Shown here: positions 8,839 to 18,365 of the stretch, one piece after another | Layout: each line of letters starts with the position of its first letter | Position numbering within the stretch: position 1 is the first letter of the stretch | Virus record (IMG/VR): IMGVR_UViG_3300032225_002310 | Span: 18,326 to 82,325 of that record | DNA: 64,000 bases | Source: a virus | Taxonomy: Duplodnaviria > Caudoviricetes | Strand: one strand, 5' to 3' | The notes under the pieces: generated by a model | Told to the model about the DNA's origin: nothing | Database searches by the model: none | Seen by the model: only the letters and a program-made list of their open reading frames with translations | Made by a program: the position numbers and the translations under genes

Positions 8839-9646
8839 ACCATTAATAAGAATAAAAGATTCTTGCTTTTCCCACGTTTACTCTTCGTCAGGTTGGAACA
8901 AGCCTAGTTATTTTGAATGGAAAAGAGACAATCTTCCATCCGATGAATATACTTTTATTACAGACGCTTATTTAACGCAAAATTTAGATTCAAATTCAAT
9001 AGCGTTTTTGATAGAGCCTCCGTCTACAAGTCCATGGACTTATCAATTTGCATATCAAAATCAAAATAAATTTAAATATATTTTAACTTTTTCTGAAGAT
9101 TTAATTAAAGTTTGTAAAAATGCATTGTTTTATCCATATGGAGGCACATTTTTTAAAGAAGAAGATTTTAATTTATATTCAAAATATAAAAATATATCTA
9201 TGTTGTTGTCAAGTAAGCAGGATACAGATGGTCATAAATTTAGACATTTATGTAAAAATTTTATTTTAAACAAAGGAGTAGATGTTTATCAATCTTCTAA
9301 TGAGGTTCGTTTTAATAAACTTGATACTTGCAAAGACTACAGATACTCAATAATTGTTGAAAATGGAAAGTATACTTCATATTTTTCAGAAAAAATTATT
9401 GATTGTTTTTTAACTGGAACAATACCAATATATAATGGTTGCCCTACTATAGATAAATTTTTTAATACAGATGGGGTAATTAAATTTAATTCATTAGAAG
9501 AGCTGGACATTATATTGAAATATGCAGATGAACAACTATATAATTCTAAAATTAATGCTATAAAACAAAATTTTGAATTAGCAAAAAAATACTTAATTGC
9601 AGAGGATTGGATATATAAACAATATCCATTCTTATTTAATATATGA
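8831..9646 (+). CDS. GT10 (alpha-1,3-fucosyltransferase)-like
   Basis: YRYSIIVEN..YFSEKIIDCFLTGTIPIYNG. Start moved to ATG 8831. Confidence 0.75.
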   Translation: MSKPLIRIKDSCFSHVYSSSGWNKPSYFEWKRDNLPSDEYTFITDAYLTQNLDSNSIAFLIEPPSTSPWTYQFAYQNQNKFKYILTFSEDLIKVCKNALFYPYGGTFFKEEDFNLYSKYKNISMLLSSKQDTDGHKFRHLCKNFILNKGVDVYQSSNEVRFNKLDTCKDYRYSIIVENGKYTSYFSEKIIDCFLTGTIPIYNGCPTIDKFFNTDGVIKFNSLEELDIILKYADEQLYNSKINAIKQNFELAKKYLIAEDWIYKQYPFLFNI

Positions 9647-10293
9647 TACCAAAAATTATTCATCTTATATGGCTTGGAGGACAAAAACCAGAGAAATTTA
9701 ACGCTACTCTAGAAAGAATCGCTAAAATAAATAATGATTATAAAATAATCGAATGGAATGATTCTAATATAGATTTTGAATTAGAGACTCAAGAAGTTTT
9801 TAATAAAACAGAAAATCTAGCAGCAAAATCAGATATATTAAGATTTGAACTACTTAAAAAGTATGGTGGAATATATATGGATTATGACTTCTTACAGATT
9901 AAAAAATTTGATGAATTATTAACTTATAATTTTTTTGTAGGAGCAGGCTTAGAAAATGAAGTATGGAATAGTATAGTAGGATCACAAAAAGAACATAAAA
10001 TTTCTATAGATTTTTTAAATGGTTTAAAACAATCTCAACCAATCACAAAACAAACAGAAGATCAAATTGGATCGGTGATGTCTACAACTGGACCATATTA
10101 TTTAGAAAAAATCTATAAATCTAATTCAAATTTAGAAAATATAAAGTATTTGAGTAAAAATTATTTCTTCCCTTTTCCAGGAGATCAAAGACAACTTGTA
10201 AGAGATATGAGCGAAAATTCATTAAAGCATATAGAATCTTTTGCTACAGAAGAAACTATTTGCATACATTTTCATACTTGTACATGGCAATGA
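9643..10293 (+). CDS. GT32 (OCH1-like, DXD) glycosyltransferase
   Basis: IPKIIHLIWLGG; SDILRFELLKKYGGIYMDYD. Confidence 0.85.
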   Translation: MIPKIIHLIWLGGQKPEKFNATLERIAKINNDYKIIEWNDSNIDFELETQEVFNKTENLAAKSDILRFELLKKYGGIYMDYDFLQIKKFDELLTYNFFVGAGLENEVWNSIVGSQKEHKISIDFLNGLKQSQPITKQTEDQIGSVMSTTGPYYLEKIYKSNSNLENIKYLSKNYFFPFPGDQRQLVRDMSENSLKHIESFATEETICIHFHTCTWQ

Positions 10294-11156
10294 ATATATT
10301 AGAAACACCATTCATGATTAAGACTAATCATGAGTATCCTCCTAATAATAAAACTATATTCGAAGAGTATTTCTATAATCGGTTTGTAGAAAATAAACCC
10401 TTAATAAATAAAACATATTTGCCAATTTTTTGGACAAATTATTATATATCAAAAGGTTACGCTACTCAAGATATGTCTGAAATAAATAATTTTTTAGATT
10501 CTATAGATAAAAATAAAGAATATTTTACAATAATTCAATGGGATGATGGAATAGTAAACCCATTTCCATATAGCAATATTTATGTTTTTGGTCAAGGTGG
10601 AGGAGGTGGAAAATCATCTGAAGAATTATTCAATGGAACAATAGGAGACTATCCAATACCACTAAATTGTCAATCAAATCCAAATATTAAAACTCAAAAT
10701 AAAGATATTTTCGCAAGTTTTATCGGCGTTATATATGGAAGAAATAATTGGATTAGAGAAAAACTTCATGATAATCTTAAAAATAAAAACGGATATTTAT
10801 TTGAAAATTCTATAAGTTATGATGCATTTTCTAATGTAATGTCTAGAAGTATTTTTTCATTATGCCCAAGAGGATACGGAGCAACATCATTTAGAATATG
10901 CGAAGCACTTCAACATGAATCTATTCCAGTATATATTTTTGATAAACCATGGATTCCATTTAATGATATAATAAATTTTAATGATTATGGAGTTTTAATA
11001 GATTCAAAAGATATAGAAAAAATCGATGAAATATTAAAGAATATATCAGAAGAAGAGATTTACAAAAAATTAAATCTTGGCAAACAAATATATAATGATT
11101 ACTATTCTTTTGAAGGATGCGCTAATAAAGTAATTACTAAATTAAATAATTTATGA
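10290..11156 (+). CDS. GT47/exostosin-family glycosyltransferase
   Basis: MSRSIFSLCPRGYGATSFRICEALQHESIPV. Start moved to ATG 10290 (ATGA overlap). Confidence 0.8.
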   Translation: MNILETPFMIKTNHEYPPNNKTIFEEYFYNRFVENKPLINKTYLPIFWTNYYISKGYATQDMSEINNFLDSIDKNKEYFTIIQWDDGIVNPFPYSNIYVFGQGGGGGKSSEELFNGTIGDYPIPLNCQSNPNIKTQNKDIFASFIGVIYGRNNWIREKLHDNLKNKNGYLFENSISYDAFSNVMSRSIFSLCPRGYGATSFRICEALQHESIPVYIFDKPWIPFNDIINFNDYGVLIDSKDIEKIDEILKNISEEEIYKKLNLGKQIYNDYYSFEGCANKVITKLNNL

Positions 11157-12028
11157 ATAATAGAGTTATTTTTTATATAGAACATCGTGGTCAAGATTGG
11201 ATTTTCCATTGGATGATATATGTAATATCTGGATTAAGATATATAAATACAAATCTATCTAGAAATGGAAATGGATGCAATTGGGGATCATTGTGGGCAC
11301 CAAATGTTAATATAGGAAAAGAGCAGAATATTAATTTATATGATCAATCGAAAGTTAATTCACCATTTTATATATGCTTTAGAAATGTTGAAAAATTTTT
11401 AGATTTTCAAAAAGAAACCCTAGATTTGATTAAGAATGAATTTATAGTTTTAATGGAATCTGACATAAAACTTGATGATATTGTAGTTTTTAATTATGGA
11501 GAAAAGATATTAGATAATCCATATCATATTAGTTTAGATGGATATAAATTTATCAAAAACTTATTTTTACCTAAAATCAACCTAGAGAATTCTAAACATA
11601 AAAATAAAAAATATTATTTAAGTAGATCCCGATCACACTTATTAAACGCGAACAAGAACGATTCAAATTCAAAAAGAAGACAAATTTTAAATGAAATAGA
11701 ATTATCTGAAAAATTAAAAGAATTTGGAATTGAAACAATTTTTTTAGAAGATTATCAAATTAAAGAAAAAATAGATATATTTCATAATTCAGAATTAATT
11801 ATTTCACCAAATAGCGGAGGCTTAACTTTTACAATATTTTCGACAGAAAATACGAAAATAATAGAAATCAATGTAGACAATCCAAATCAAATATCTCATC
11901 AATACAGAGATCAATGTAATGCACTTAATATTCCATATTATAAATATACAACTCAAAAATTGGACGGCAATGACAACATGATGATTGATGTTAAAGATTT
12001 TTCTAATTTTATAAATGAAGATCTGTAA
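11153..12028 (+). CDS. GT61/DUF563-family glycosyltransferase
   Basis: YYLSRS..RRQILNE.EL; IFHNSELIISPNSGGL. Confidence 0.75.
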   Translation: MNNRVIFYIEHRGQDWIFHWMIYVISGLRYINTNLSRNGNGCNWGSLWAPNVNIGKEQNINLYDQSKVNSPFYICFRNVEKFLDFQKETLDLIKNEFIVLMESDIKLDDIVVFNYGEKILDNPYHISLDGYKFIKNLFLPKINLENSKHKNKKYYLSRSRSHLLNANKNDSNSKRRQILNEIELSEKLKEFGIETIFLEDYQIKEKIDIFHNSELIISPNSGGLTFTIFSTENTKIIEINVDNPNQISHQYRDQCNALNIPYYKYTTQKLDGNDNMMIDVKDFSNFINEDL

Positions 12029-13220
12029 TCTAGACGCAGCAAGCAAGATTTTATTTTTACAAAAAGATAAAAATAATAGAGAAATTTATATATTTGATTT
12101 AAATAATGTACAATTTATAAATGATTTATACTATCCAAACGTTTTAGCTTTCTCTCAAGAAGAGTTAAAGATTTATAATCCAACAAGAGAAAAGATCATG
12201 TCTTTAAAAAACTTATCAAACAAAAGTACTTATGATGGCGAAATACAAAAAACTAAAAATATCTATGAAAACCCAGTATTCTACTTCATTTATAATACAG
12301 ATAATTACTATCATTTTATTTATGACACTTTACCATACTTGATATCATTTAAACACCTTAAGCAAAAATACTCAAATTTAAAATTATTAATCAATTATCC
12401 TAATCATCAGAAAAATAGTTTCTATAAATTTGTTGATGAATTTTTAGAAATAATAGGCATAAAAAACGAGGATATTCTAATAGTAAATAAAGATACTTTA
12501 TATAAAAAAGTTTATATATCTAGTTCATATACGCATGATATAGATTCAAATCTACCTCCAAGAGAAGAGATTTATTCTTTCTATAATTCAATAATTGAAA
12601 ATATTAAACAAAAACATACGAATGAACAGCTACCATCAAACATATATATATCAAGAAGAACATGGATGCACAATGATTTATCAAATATAGGAACAAACTA
12701 TACAACACGAAGAAAATTAGTAAATGAAAATGAATTAGTAGATATATTGCAAAAAAAGGGATATACAGAAATTTTTACTGAAAATTTATCAACAATAGAA
12801 AAGGTATTATTATTTAATAATGCAAAAAATATTATAGCTCCAATTGGAGGAGGAGTTTGTAACGCTTTATTTTGCAACAATAAAACCAATATTACTATAT
12901 TAGTTTCTCCAACATTTTTAAATATTAATAATAGATTTATTTATTTATTCAAAAATTTAAATGTTAATTATAATCATCAATCAGAACATACCGAAAAAAG
13001 TGAATTCAAAAAATATATGAGAGTAAAATATGGAAATATAATAGGGGAAATTGAAGATATTAATAATAATGAATTATTGATAAACTATACAGATACAAAT
13101 GTCGCTGGATGGAATAATCAAAATCAATATAAAACTATTAGTATTAATCAAAAATTCTGTCAAAAACTAGATGAAGGACTAAATTCAGAATGGATTTTAG
13201 ATTTAAATTCAATAATATAA
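12015..13220 (+). CDS. GT61/DUF563-family glycosyltransferase
   Basis: NYYHFIYDTLP; IYISRR; RRKLVNENEL; IIAPIGGG. Confidence 0.8.
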   Translation: MKICNLDAASKILFLQKDKNNREIYIFDLNNVQFINDLYYPNVLAFSQEELKIYNPTREKIMSLKNLSNKSTYDGEIQKTKNIYENPVFYFIYNTDNYYHFIYDTLPYLISFKHLKQKYSNLKLLINYPNHQKNSFYKFVDEFLEIIGIKNEDILIVNKDTLYKKVYISSSYTHDIDSNLPPREEIYSFYNSIIENIKQKHTNEQLPSNIYISRRTWMHNDLSNIGTNYTTRRKLVNENELVDILQKKGYTEIFTENLSTIEKVLLFNNAKNIIAPIGGGVCNALFCNNKTNITILVSPTFLNINNRFIYLFKNLNVNYNHQSEHTEKSEFKKYMRVKYGNIIGEIEDINNNELLINYTDTNVAGWNNQNQYKTISINQKFCQKLDEGLNSEWILDLNSII

Positions 13221-13223
13221 TAT

Positions 13224-13907
13224 ATGAAAGTATACATACATCATTATCATCTTTTATCTGAAAGACTTGAGTATTTAGTTCCAGAATTAAATAAAAATGG
13301 CATTAAAGATATAGAGGTTATATACGGTATAAGTAGAAATGATATAAATGAATCTCATTTTTCAAAATTTTCAAATGATAAATCCTTAGTTAAAGATCGC
13401 ACCAATTATACCGCTTGCCCCCATGATTATGATATTTTTAATCCATACGAAAGAACAGTTTTAGCAAATTTTCTAACTCATATAGAAATTTGGGAAAAGA
13501 TAGCAAATGGAGAAGAGGATTATGGACTAATACTAGAAAACGATGCATTGTTACTTAATGATTTTGAAGAAAAATGGAAAAAATTAATATCAACAATTCC
13601 AAATGATTTAGATATAGCATATTTGCACAATGGATGTGGATTTACAGTTGAAAATAAACAAGGATTAAAAATAGAAAATAATAAAATTTGGTATTATTGC
13701 CCAATAAAAGAGTCTAGAACATGTTGCTCCTATTTAGTTTCAAAGTCTTTTTGTAAATTATTATTAAAAGATTTGTATCCTATAGCCTTGGGAGTCGATC
13801 ATGAATTAAATTATTTACAAAAAAAATTAAATGCAAATGTTTATTGGGTTGAACCACCATTATTTCTTGAAGGGTCTGGCGTAGTATATCCTAGCAGTCA
13901 TAAATAA
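13224..13907 (+). CDS. GT25-like glycosyltransferase
   Basis: LTHIEIWEKI..YGLILENDA; CSYLVSK; VDH. Confidence 0.7.
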   Translation: MKVYIHHYHLLSERLEYLVPELNKNGIKDIEVIYGISRNDINESHFSKFSNDKSLVKDRTNYTACPHDYDIFNPYERTVLANFLTHIEIWEKIANGEEDYGLILENDALLLNDFEEKWKKLISTIPNDLDIAYLHNGCGFTVENKQGLKIENNKIWYYCPIKESRTCCSYLVSKSFCKLLLKDLYPIALGVDHELNYLQKKLNANVYWVEPPLFLEGSGVVYPSSHK

Positions 13908-13911
13908 AATT

Positions 13912-14649
13912 ATGGAAAATTTTGGATTTATTATGTTAAGACATGTCAGTAATGAAGAATTTAATCTTTTTTGGCAAGAATGTTATCTTGCTATAAGGAA
14001 ATTTTATGATAATAAAATTATTATACTAGATAATAACAGTAGTGAAAATTTTGTTAAAACAGATTTAAACTTAGAAAATTGCGAAATAATAAAAGCTCAT
14101 TATCCACAGAATAGATTATATTCACCATTTTATCATTATTTAGTTAATGATTTTAATTTTGAAAAAGCAGTCGTCATACATGATGGAGTTTTGTTGAATG
14201 AAAAAATTGATTTTCAAAATATTGAAGATATAAAATATTTTTGGCATTTTGATACAAACTGTCCAAGTCAGAACTATAGAGAGATTAGTCAACTGAACTC
14301 ATTGAATAATAGTAAAGATTTAATGGAACTTTATAATAGTAACTTATGGAAAGGATGTTTAGGATCAATGGCAGTAATAAGTAAAAAATTTATTCAAAAA
14401 TTACAAGATAAATATAATATTATTGCTTTAGTTAATATGATTAATGACCAAGAAGATGCGATATCTTTTGAAAGAGTTTTAGCCGTTCTTTGTTATAAGG
14501 AAAAGCCAGAACTAGATCTAGACCCATCAATAGCTGGAAATATATCCAGTATGAATTGGGGTTATAGATATCATCAATATCATAACGATAAATTAAATAA
14601 TACTATTCCAAAAGATAAAATAATAAAATTATTTGGAGCAAGAAAATAA
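13912..14649 (+). CDS. Putative GT-A-like glycan-modification protein
   Basis: IIILDNNS, VVIHDG and SFERVL motifs; operon context. Confidence 0.5.
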   Translation: MENFGFIMLRHVSNEEFNLFWQECYLAIRKFYDNKIIILDNNSSENFVKTDLNLENCEIIKAHYPQNRLYSPFYHYLVNDFNFEKAVVIHDGVLLNEKIDFQNIEDIKYFWHFDTNCPSQNYREISQLNSLNNSKDLMELYNSNLWKGCLGSMAVISKKFIQKLQDKYNIIALVNMINDQEDAISFERVLAVLCYKEKPELDLDPSIAGNISSMNWGYRYHQYHNDKLNNTIPKDKIIKLFGARK

Positions 14650-14661
14650 CTTTATTTCATT

Positions 14662-16119
14662 GTGAAAACTGCATTGTTAATAGCTGGATATTTACGTTCA
14701 TTTAAAGTTAATCTTCCACTTATTAAAGATAGAATTCTAGATAAATTTAAAGATATTGATATATATATTCATATAACTAAAAATGAAACAAAAAATGATA
14801 AATATTTTAATATGACTAATGAGGTAGAGGATATTTCGTATATAAAAAATATTTTAAATCCAAAATCTATTCTTCTAGAAGATAATCTTGAAATTTTTAA
14901 TAATTCAAAAGAAAACAATCTTCATAATACATGGATAAAATATTACAAATTAAATGAAATTAAAAAAATAAATGAAAAATTATATGGAGAATATGATTTA
15001 GTAATAAAATACAGACCAGATTTAAACATCACAATGGACGAAATCTTTCCAAAAGAATTAGAAGACAAGATATATATACCAGAAAAAAGTCTTATTGATA
15101 AATCTAAATTAGAAAATCCTAATGATAACTATATGTGCGATATATTTGCTTATGGTAAATCTAAGCTTATGGATCAATACTTTAATATATATAATAATCT
15201 AGAACAACTATCTAAGGAGCATGGATATACTCCAGAGACAATCATTTACGAACATTTAAATAAACAACAAATCCCATATAAACTTATTGATTTCGAGTAT
15301 TCAATGATTTTATCGATATGCAATACTTTTGCAATTTGTGGAGATTCTGGATCTGGAAAATCTACTTTAAGCAATATACTTCAAGAGTACTTCTCGAATT
15401 CTTTCGTTCTAGAATGCGATAGATACCATAAATGGGAAAGGAATGATGAAAATTGGAAAAAGTTTACACATTTAAATCCAGAAGCTAATTATATAACGAA
15501 AATGGAAAATGACATTTTTGATTTAAAAATTGGCAAAACAATTCATCAGGTTAATTATGATCATTCAAATGGAAAATTTACTCAAAAAGAAAAAATAGAA
15601 AAATCAGACAATATAATAGTTTGCGGGCTTCATAGTTTATATTCAGAAAATCATGGGGCATATAATTTAAAAATATTCATTGATACAGATATTAATCTTA
15701 AAACTAAATGGAAAATAAAAAGAGATATGCAAAACAGGGGTTATTCTATTGAAGAAACGTTAAAACAAATAGAAGCAAGAAAAGAAGATTATTATAAATA
15801 TATATACCCCCAAAGAGATAAATCAGATATTATTATTAATTTCTTTACAGATAAAGATTTTGATATAAATAAAATTGACGAAGAAGATACTGTTAATTTA
15901 AGGATTTTAATCAATAAAAAATATTCTTTGATAGATATATTAAGTCATTTATCCAAAAAAGAAATAGAATTCAAGATAAAGTCAAATAACGAGATATTTA
16001 ATGAAATTGTTTTTTATAAATATAAAAAATGTAATATTTTAGAAAACTCAAACATATCTTTCGATAATTATTATGATTATATAATGTTTTTTATATTATC
16101 GTTACAACAAAATCATTAA
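14662..16119 (+). CDS. Fusion: N-terminal putative glycan-modifying domain + C-terminal phosphoribulokinase/uridine-kinase-family P-loop kinase
   Basis: N-term ALLIAGYLRSF...KYRPDL; C-term ICGDSGSGKST, DRYH, LNPEAN, YDHSNG, GLHSLY, KWKIKRDMQNRGYS, YIYPQR. Confidence 0.8.
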   Translation: MKTALLIAGYLRSFKVNLPLIKDRILDKFKDIDIYIHITKNETKNDKYFNMTNEVEDISYIKNILNPKSILLEDNLEIFNNSKENNLHNTWIKYYKLNEIKKINEKLYGEYDLVIKYRPDLNITMDEIFPKELEDKIYIPEKSLIDKSKLENPNDNYMCDIFAYGKSKLMDQYFNIYNNLEQLSKEHGYTPETIIYEHLNKQQIPYKLIDFEYSMILSICNTFAICGDSGSGKSTLSNILQEYFSNSFVLECDRYHKWERNDENWKKFTHLNPEANYITKMENDIFDLKIGKTIHQVNYDHSNGKFTQKEKIEKSDNIIVCGLHSLYSENHGAYNLKIFIDTDINLKTKWKIKRDMQNRGYSIEETLKQIEARKEDYYKYIYPQRDKSDIIINFFTDKDFDINKIDEEDTVNLRILINKKYSLIDILSHLSKKEIEFKIKSNNEIFNEIVFYKYKKCNILENSNISFDNYYDYIMFFILSLQQNH

Positions 16120-16778
16120 TGAATAAATTATTAGAATTAGCCCATTCTCTCGATAAATTCGTAGTAGGAATGGAAGGAAACGTTTCTCAAAGAATAAAAA
16201 ATGATTTTTTAATAAAAGCTAGTGGATGTAGTTTGAAAAAACTATCCGAACAAGATCTTGTATTATGTAATATAAAAGGCAAACAAATTGATAATTTTAA
16301 AAAAAGACCTAGTATTGAGGGGCAATTTCATTCTATTTTATTCCAAAATATAAATATAGAATTTATAGCTCATACTCATCCAATTAATACTTTAAAAATT
16401 TTATGTAGTGAATTAGTAGAGGAATTTGCAAATAATAGATTATTTCCAGATCAAGTTGTTTTCAATGGAATAAAATCGTGCGTTGTACCATATGTAGCAC
16501 CAGGAATTGAATTAGCTATAGAAATTAATAAAAGTATAAATATCTTTAATCAATTTAATAAATATTTTCCTAAGTTAATTTTACTTAAAAATCATGGAGT
16601 TATATCTTTGGGTTCTACCGCAGAGGAATGCTTGGTTGCAACAGAGATATGTGAAAAAGCAGCGGAAATTTTCTTAGGATCAAAATTATCAGGAAGCATA
16701 AATTTTTTAACTGAATCAGATCAATTAGAACTAGAAAAAGATCCAAATGAAATTTATAGAAAAGGTTTATTAACATGA
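16119..16778 (+). CDS. Class II aldolase/epimerase (FucA/AraD family)
   Basis: EGNVS, IKASG, PSIE, HTHP and NHG metal ligands. Confidence 0.85.
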   Translation: MNKLLELAHSLDKFVVGMEGNVSQRIKNDFLIKASGCSLKKLSEQDLVLCNIKGKQIDNFKKRPSIEGQFHSILFQNINIEFIAHTHPINTLKILCSELVEEFANNRLFPDQVVFNGIKSCVVPYVAPGIELAIEINKSINIFNQFNKYFPKLILLKNHGVISLGSTAEECLVATEICEKAAEIFLGSKLSGSINFLTESDQLELEKDPNEIYRKGLLT

Positions 16779-17071
16779 AGGTAATATATATTGATATAGA
16801 TGAAACAATTTGCAATACTCCAGAAAATAGAGATTATTTTGAAGCTACTCCAATAAAAGACAATATAGAAAAAATCAATAAACTCTATGAAAAAGGTAAT
16901 ACAATAGTATATTGGACCGCTAGAGGAAGTAGAACAAATATCAATTGGTATAATTTAACAAAAAAACAATTAGACGATTGGGGTGCGAAATATCATGAAT
17001 TAAGAGTTGATAAACCATATTATGACTTATTCATAGATGATAAAAATATAAGAATTGAAGAATTAAAATGA
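16775..17071 (+). CDS. Small cap-less HAD-family phosphatase
   Basis: DIDETIC; TARG; KP..DLFIDDK. Confidence 0.75.
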   Translation: MKVIYIDIDETICNTPENRDYFEATPIKDNIEKINKLYEKGNTIVYWTARGSRTNINWYNLTKKQLDDWGAKYHELRVDKPYYDLFIDDKNIRIEELK

Positions 17072-17886
17072 GAAATAAAGTTTTATTAGTAATAAATGGG
17101 GAATCTTTTAGAGTAGGTCCTCAATTTTCCAGAGATAGAAATATAGATTCTGGGTTCAAAGGTCAGTATTTAAGTACTCTTTCTCATATTAGATTTATTA
17201 ATACTATAAAGAAAAAATATGGAATGGATTCTGATGTCTTTTTAAGTACTTATACTTTTAATGAAGAATCTGATAGAAAATTAATCTCTTGGTATAATGA
17301 TTATATTGTAAAAGTAGATATGTATGATCATTTATTTCCAACTGAAATGGATTTTGTAAATAAGACAATAGATAAACTATCAGAGTTAGATTTAAGTATT
17401 TATACACATATAATTTTTATAAGAATGGATTATTTCTTAAAAAAATATTTAAATGAAATCATTGAACTGTTTGATGATAAAGTTATGTTTAGCTTTTTTG
17501 ATGTTAATCTTGGTGATAATACTGTAAATCATGGTTTTTTTGTAATACCTAGTATATATTTTGAACAATTGTTACAAAAAAGAGTATGGTCGTATCATTC
17601 ATCCTATACACATACATCTATAAATAGTATGAATGTTGATTGTTATTTAAGATCATCTCATCTTTGTTGCCCTGGTGGAGATTGGAATCCTTTGTTTAGT
17701 TATCCAGGTAGATATGAGTGTTTAACATATCCAACTCAAATATCTAAAATAGGTAATTATAAAAATATAGATTATTATAAAGAACTATATTCTAACATAA
17801 TAGGAACTGATACTATTATAGAAAATTTAAATAAAATAGACATTGAGGAGGCTATTGAATATAACTTAAATAAAATTTCAAATTAA
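17068..17886 (+). CDS. Hypothetical protein, resembles the N-terminal domain of 14662..16119
   Basis: VLLVINGESFR ... IFIRMD parallels ALLIAGYLR ... KYRPD. Confidence 0.55.
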   Translation: MRNKVLLVINGESFRVGPQFSRDRNIDSGFKGQYLSTLSHIRFINTIKKKYGMDSDVFLSTYTFNEESDRKLISWYNDYIVKVDMYDHLFPTEMDFVNKTIDKLSELDLSIYTHIIFIRMDYFLKKYLNEIIELFDDKVMFSFFDVNLGDNTVNHGFFVIPSIYFEQLLQKRVWSYHSSYTHTSINSMNVDCYLRSSHLCCPGGDWNPLFSYPGRYECLTYPTQISKIGNYKNIDYYKELYSNIIGTDTIIENLNKIDIEEAIEYNLNKISN

Positions 17887-17888
17887 AT

Positions 17889-18365
17889 ATGAAACTAATA
17901 TCACATAGAGGAAATTATAATGGAGTATATCCAGATAGAGAAAATAAACCATCTTATATTGATACTACAATATCAATGGGTTATGAGGTTGAGGTTGATG
18001 TAAGATACATCAATAATAAATTTTATTTAGGACACGATACTCCAGATACAGTAATATCCGAAAGTTGGATTCTTGATAGAAAAGATAATATTTGGTTTCA
18101 TTGTAAAGATTTATATTCTACTCAACAATTTAAAAAAATGAACTGTTGTATAAAATATTTTTGTCATTCAAGTGATGACTTTGTTTTAACAAGCACAAGT
18201 CATATATGGGTACATAATTTAGAATTAAAATTAGATGAAACTTGTATAATACCTCTTCTTGATGTGAAAAGTATCGAAGAGTATGATAATCAATTAGTTT
18301 ATGGAGCATGCACGGATTATGTAAATTTTTGTAAATATAATTTACGCCAAAAGGGATTATGCTAA
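17889..18365 (+). CDS. Glycerophosphodiester phosphodiesterase-like protein (short)
   Basis: LISHRGN; VEVDVR; LGHD; WFHCK. Confidence 0.7.
   Translation: MKLISHRGNYNGVYPDRENKPSYIDTTISMGYEVEVDVRYINNKFYLGHDTPDTVISESWILDRKDNIWFHCKDLYSTQQFKKMNCCIKYFCHSSDDFVLTSTSHIWVHNLELKLDETCIIPLLDVKSIEEYDNQLVYGACTDYVNFCKYNLRQKGLC

Noticed and set aside
15340-16119. Calvin-cycle phosphoribulokinase as an auxiliary metabolic gene
   Set aside because: Fused to a glycan-type domain inside a sugar-transfer operon, with no RuBisCO, CP12 or photosynthesis genes in the window; substrate unproven.
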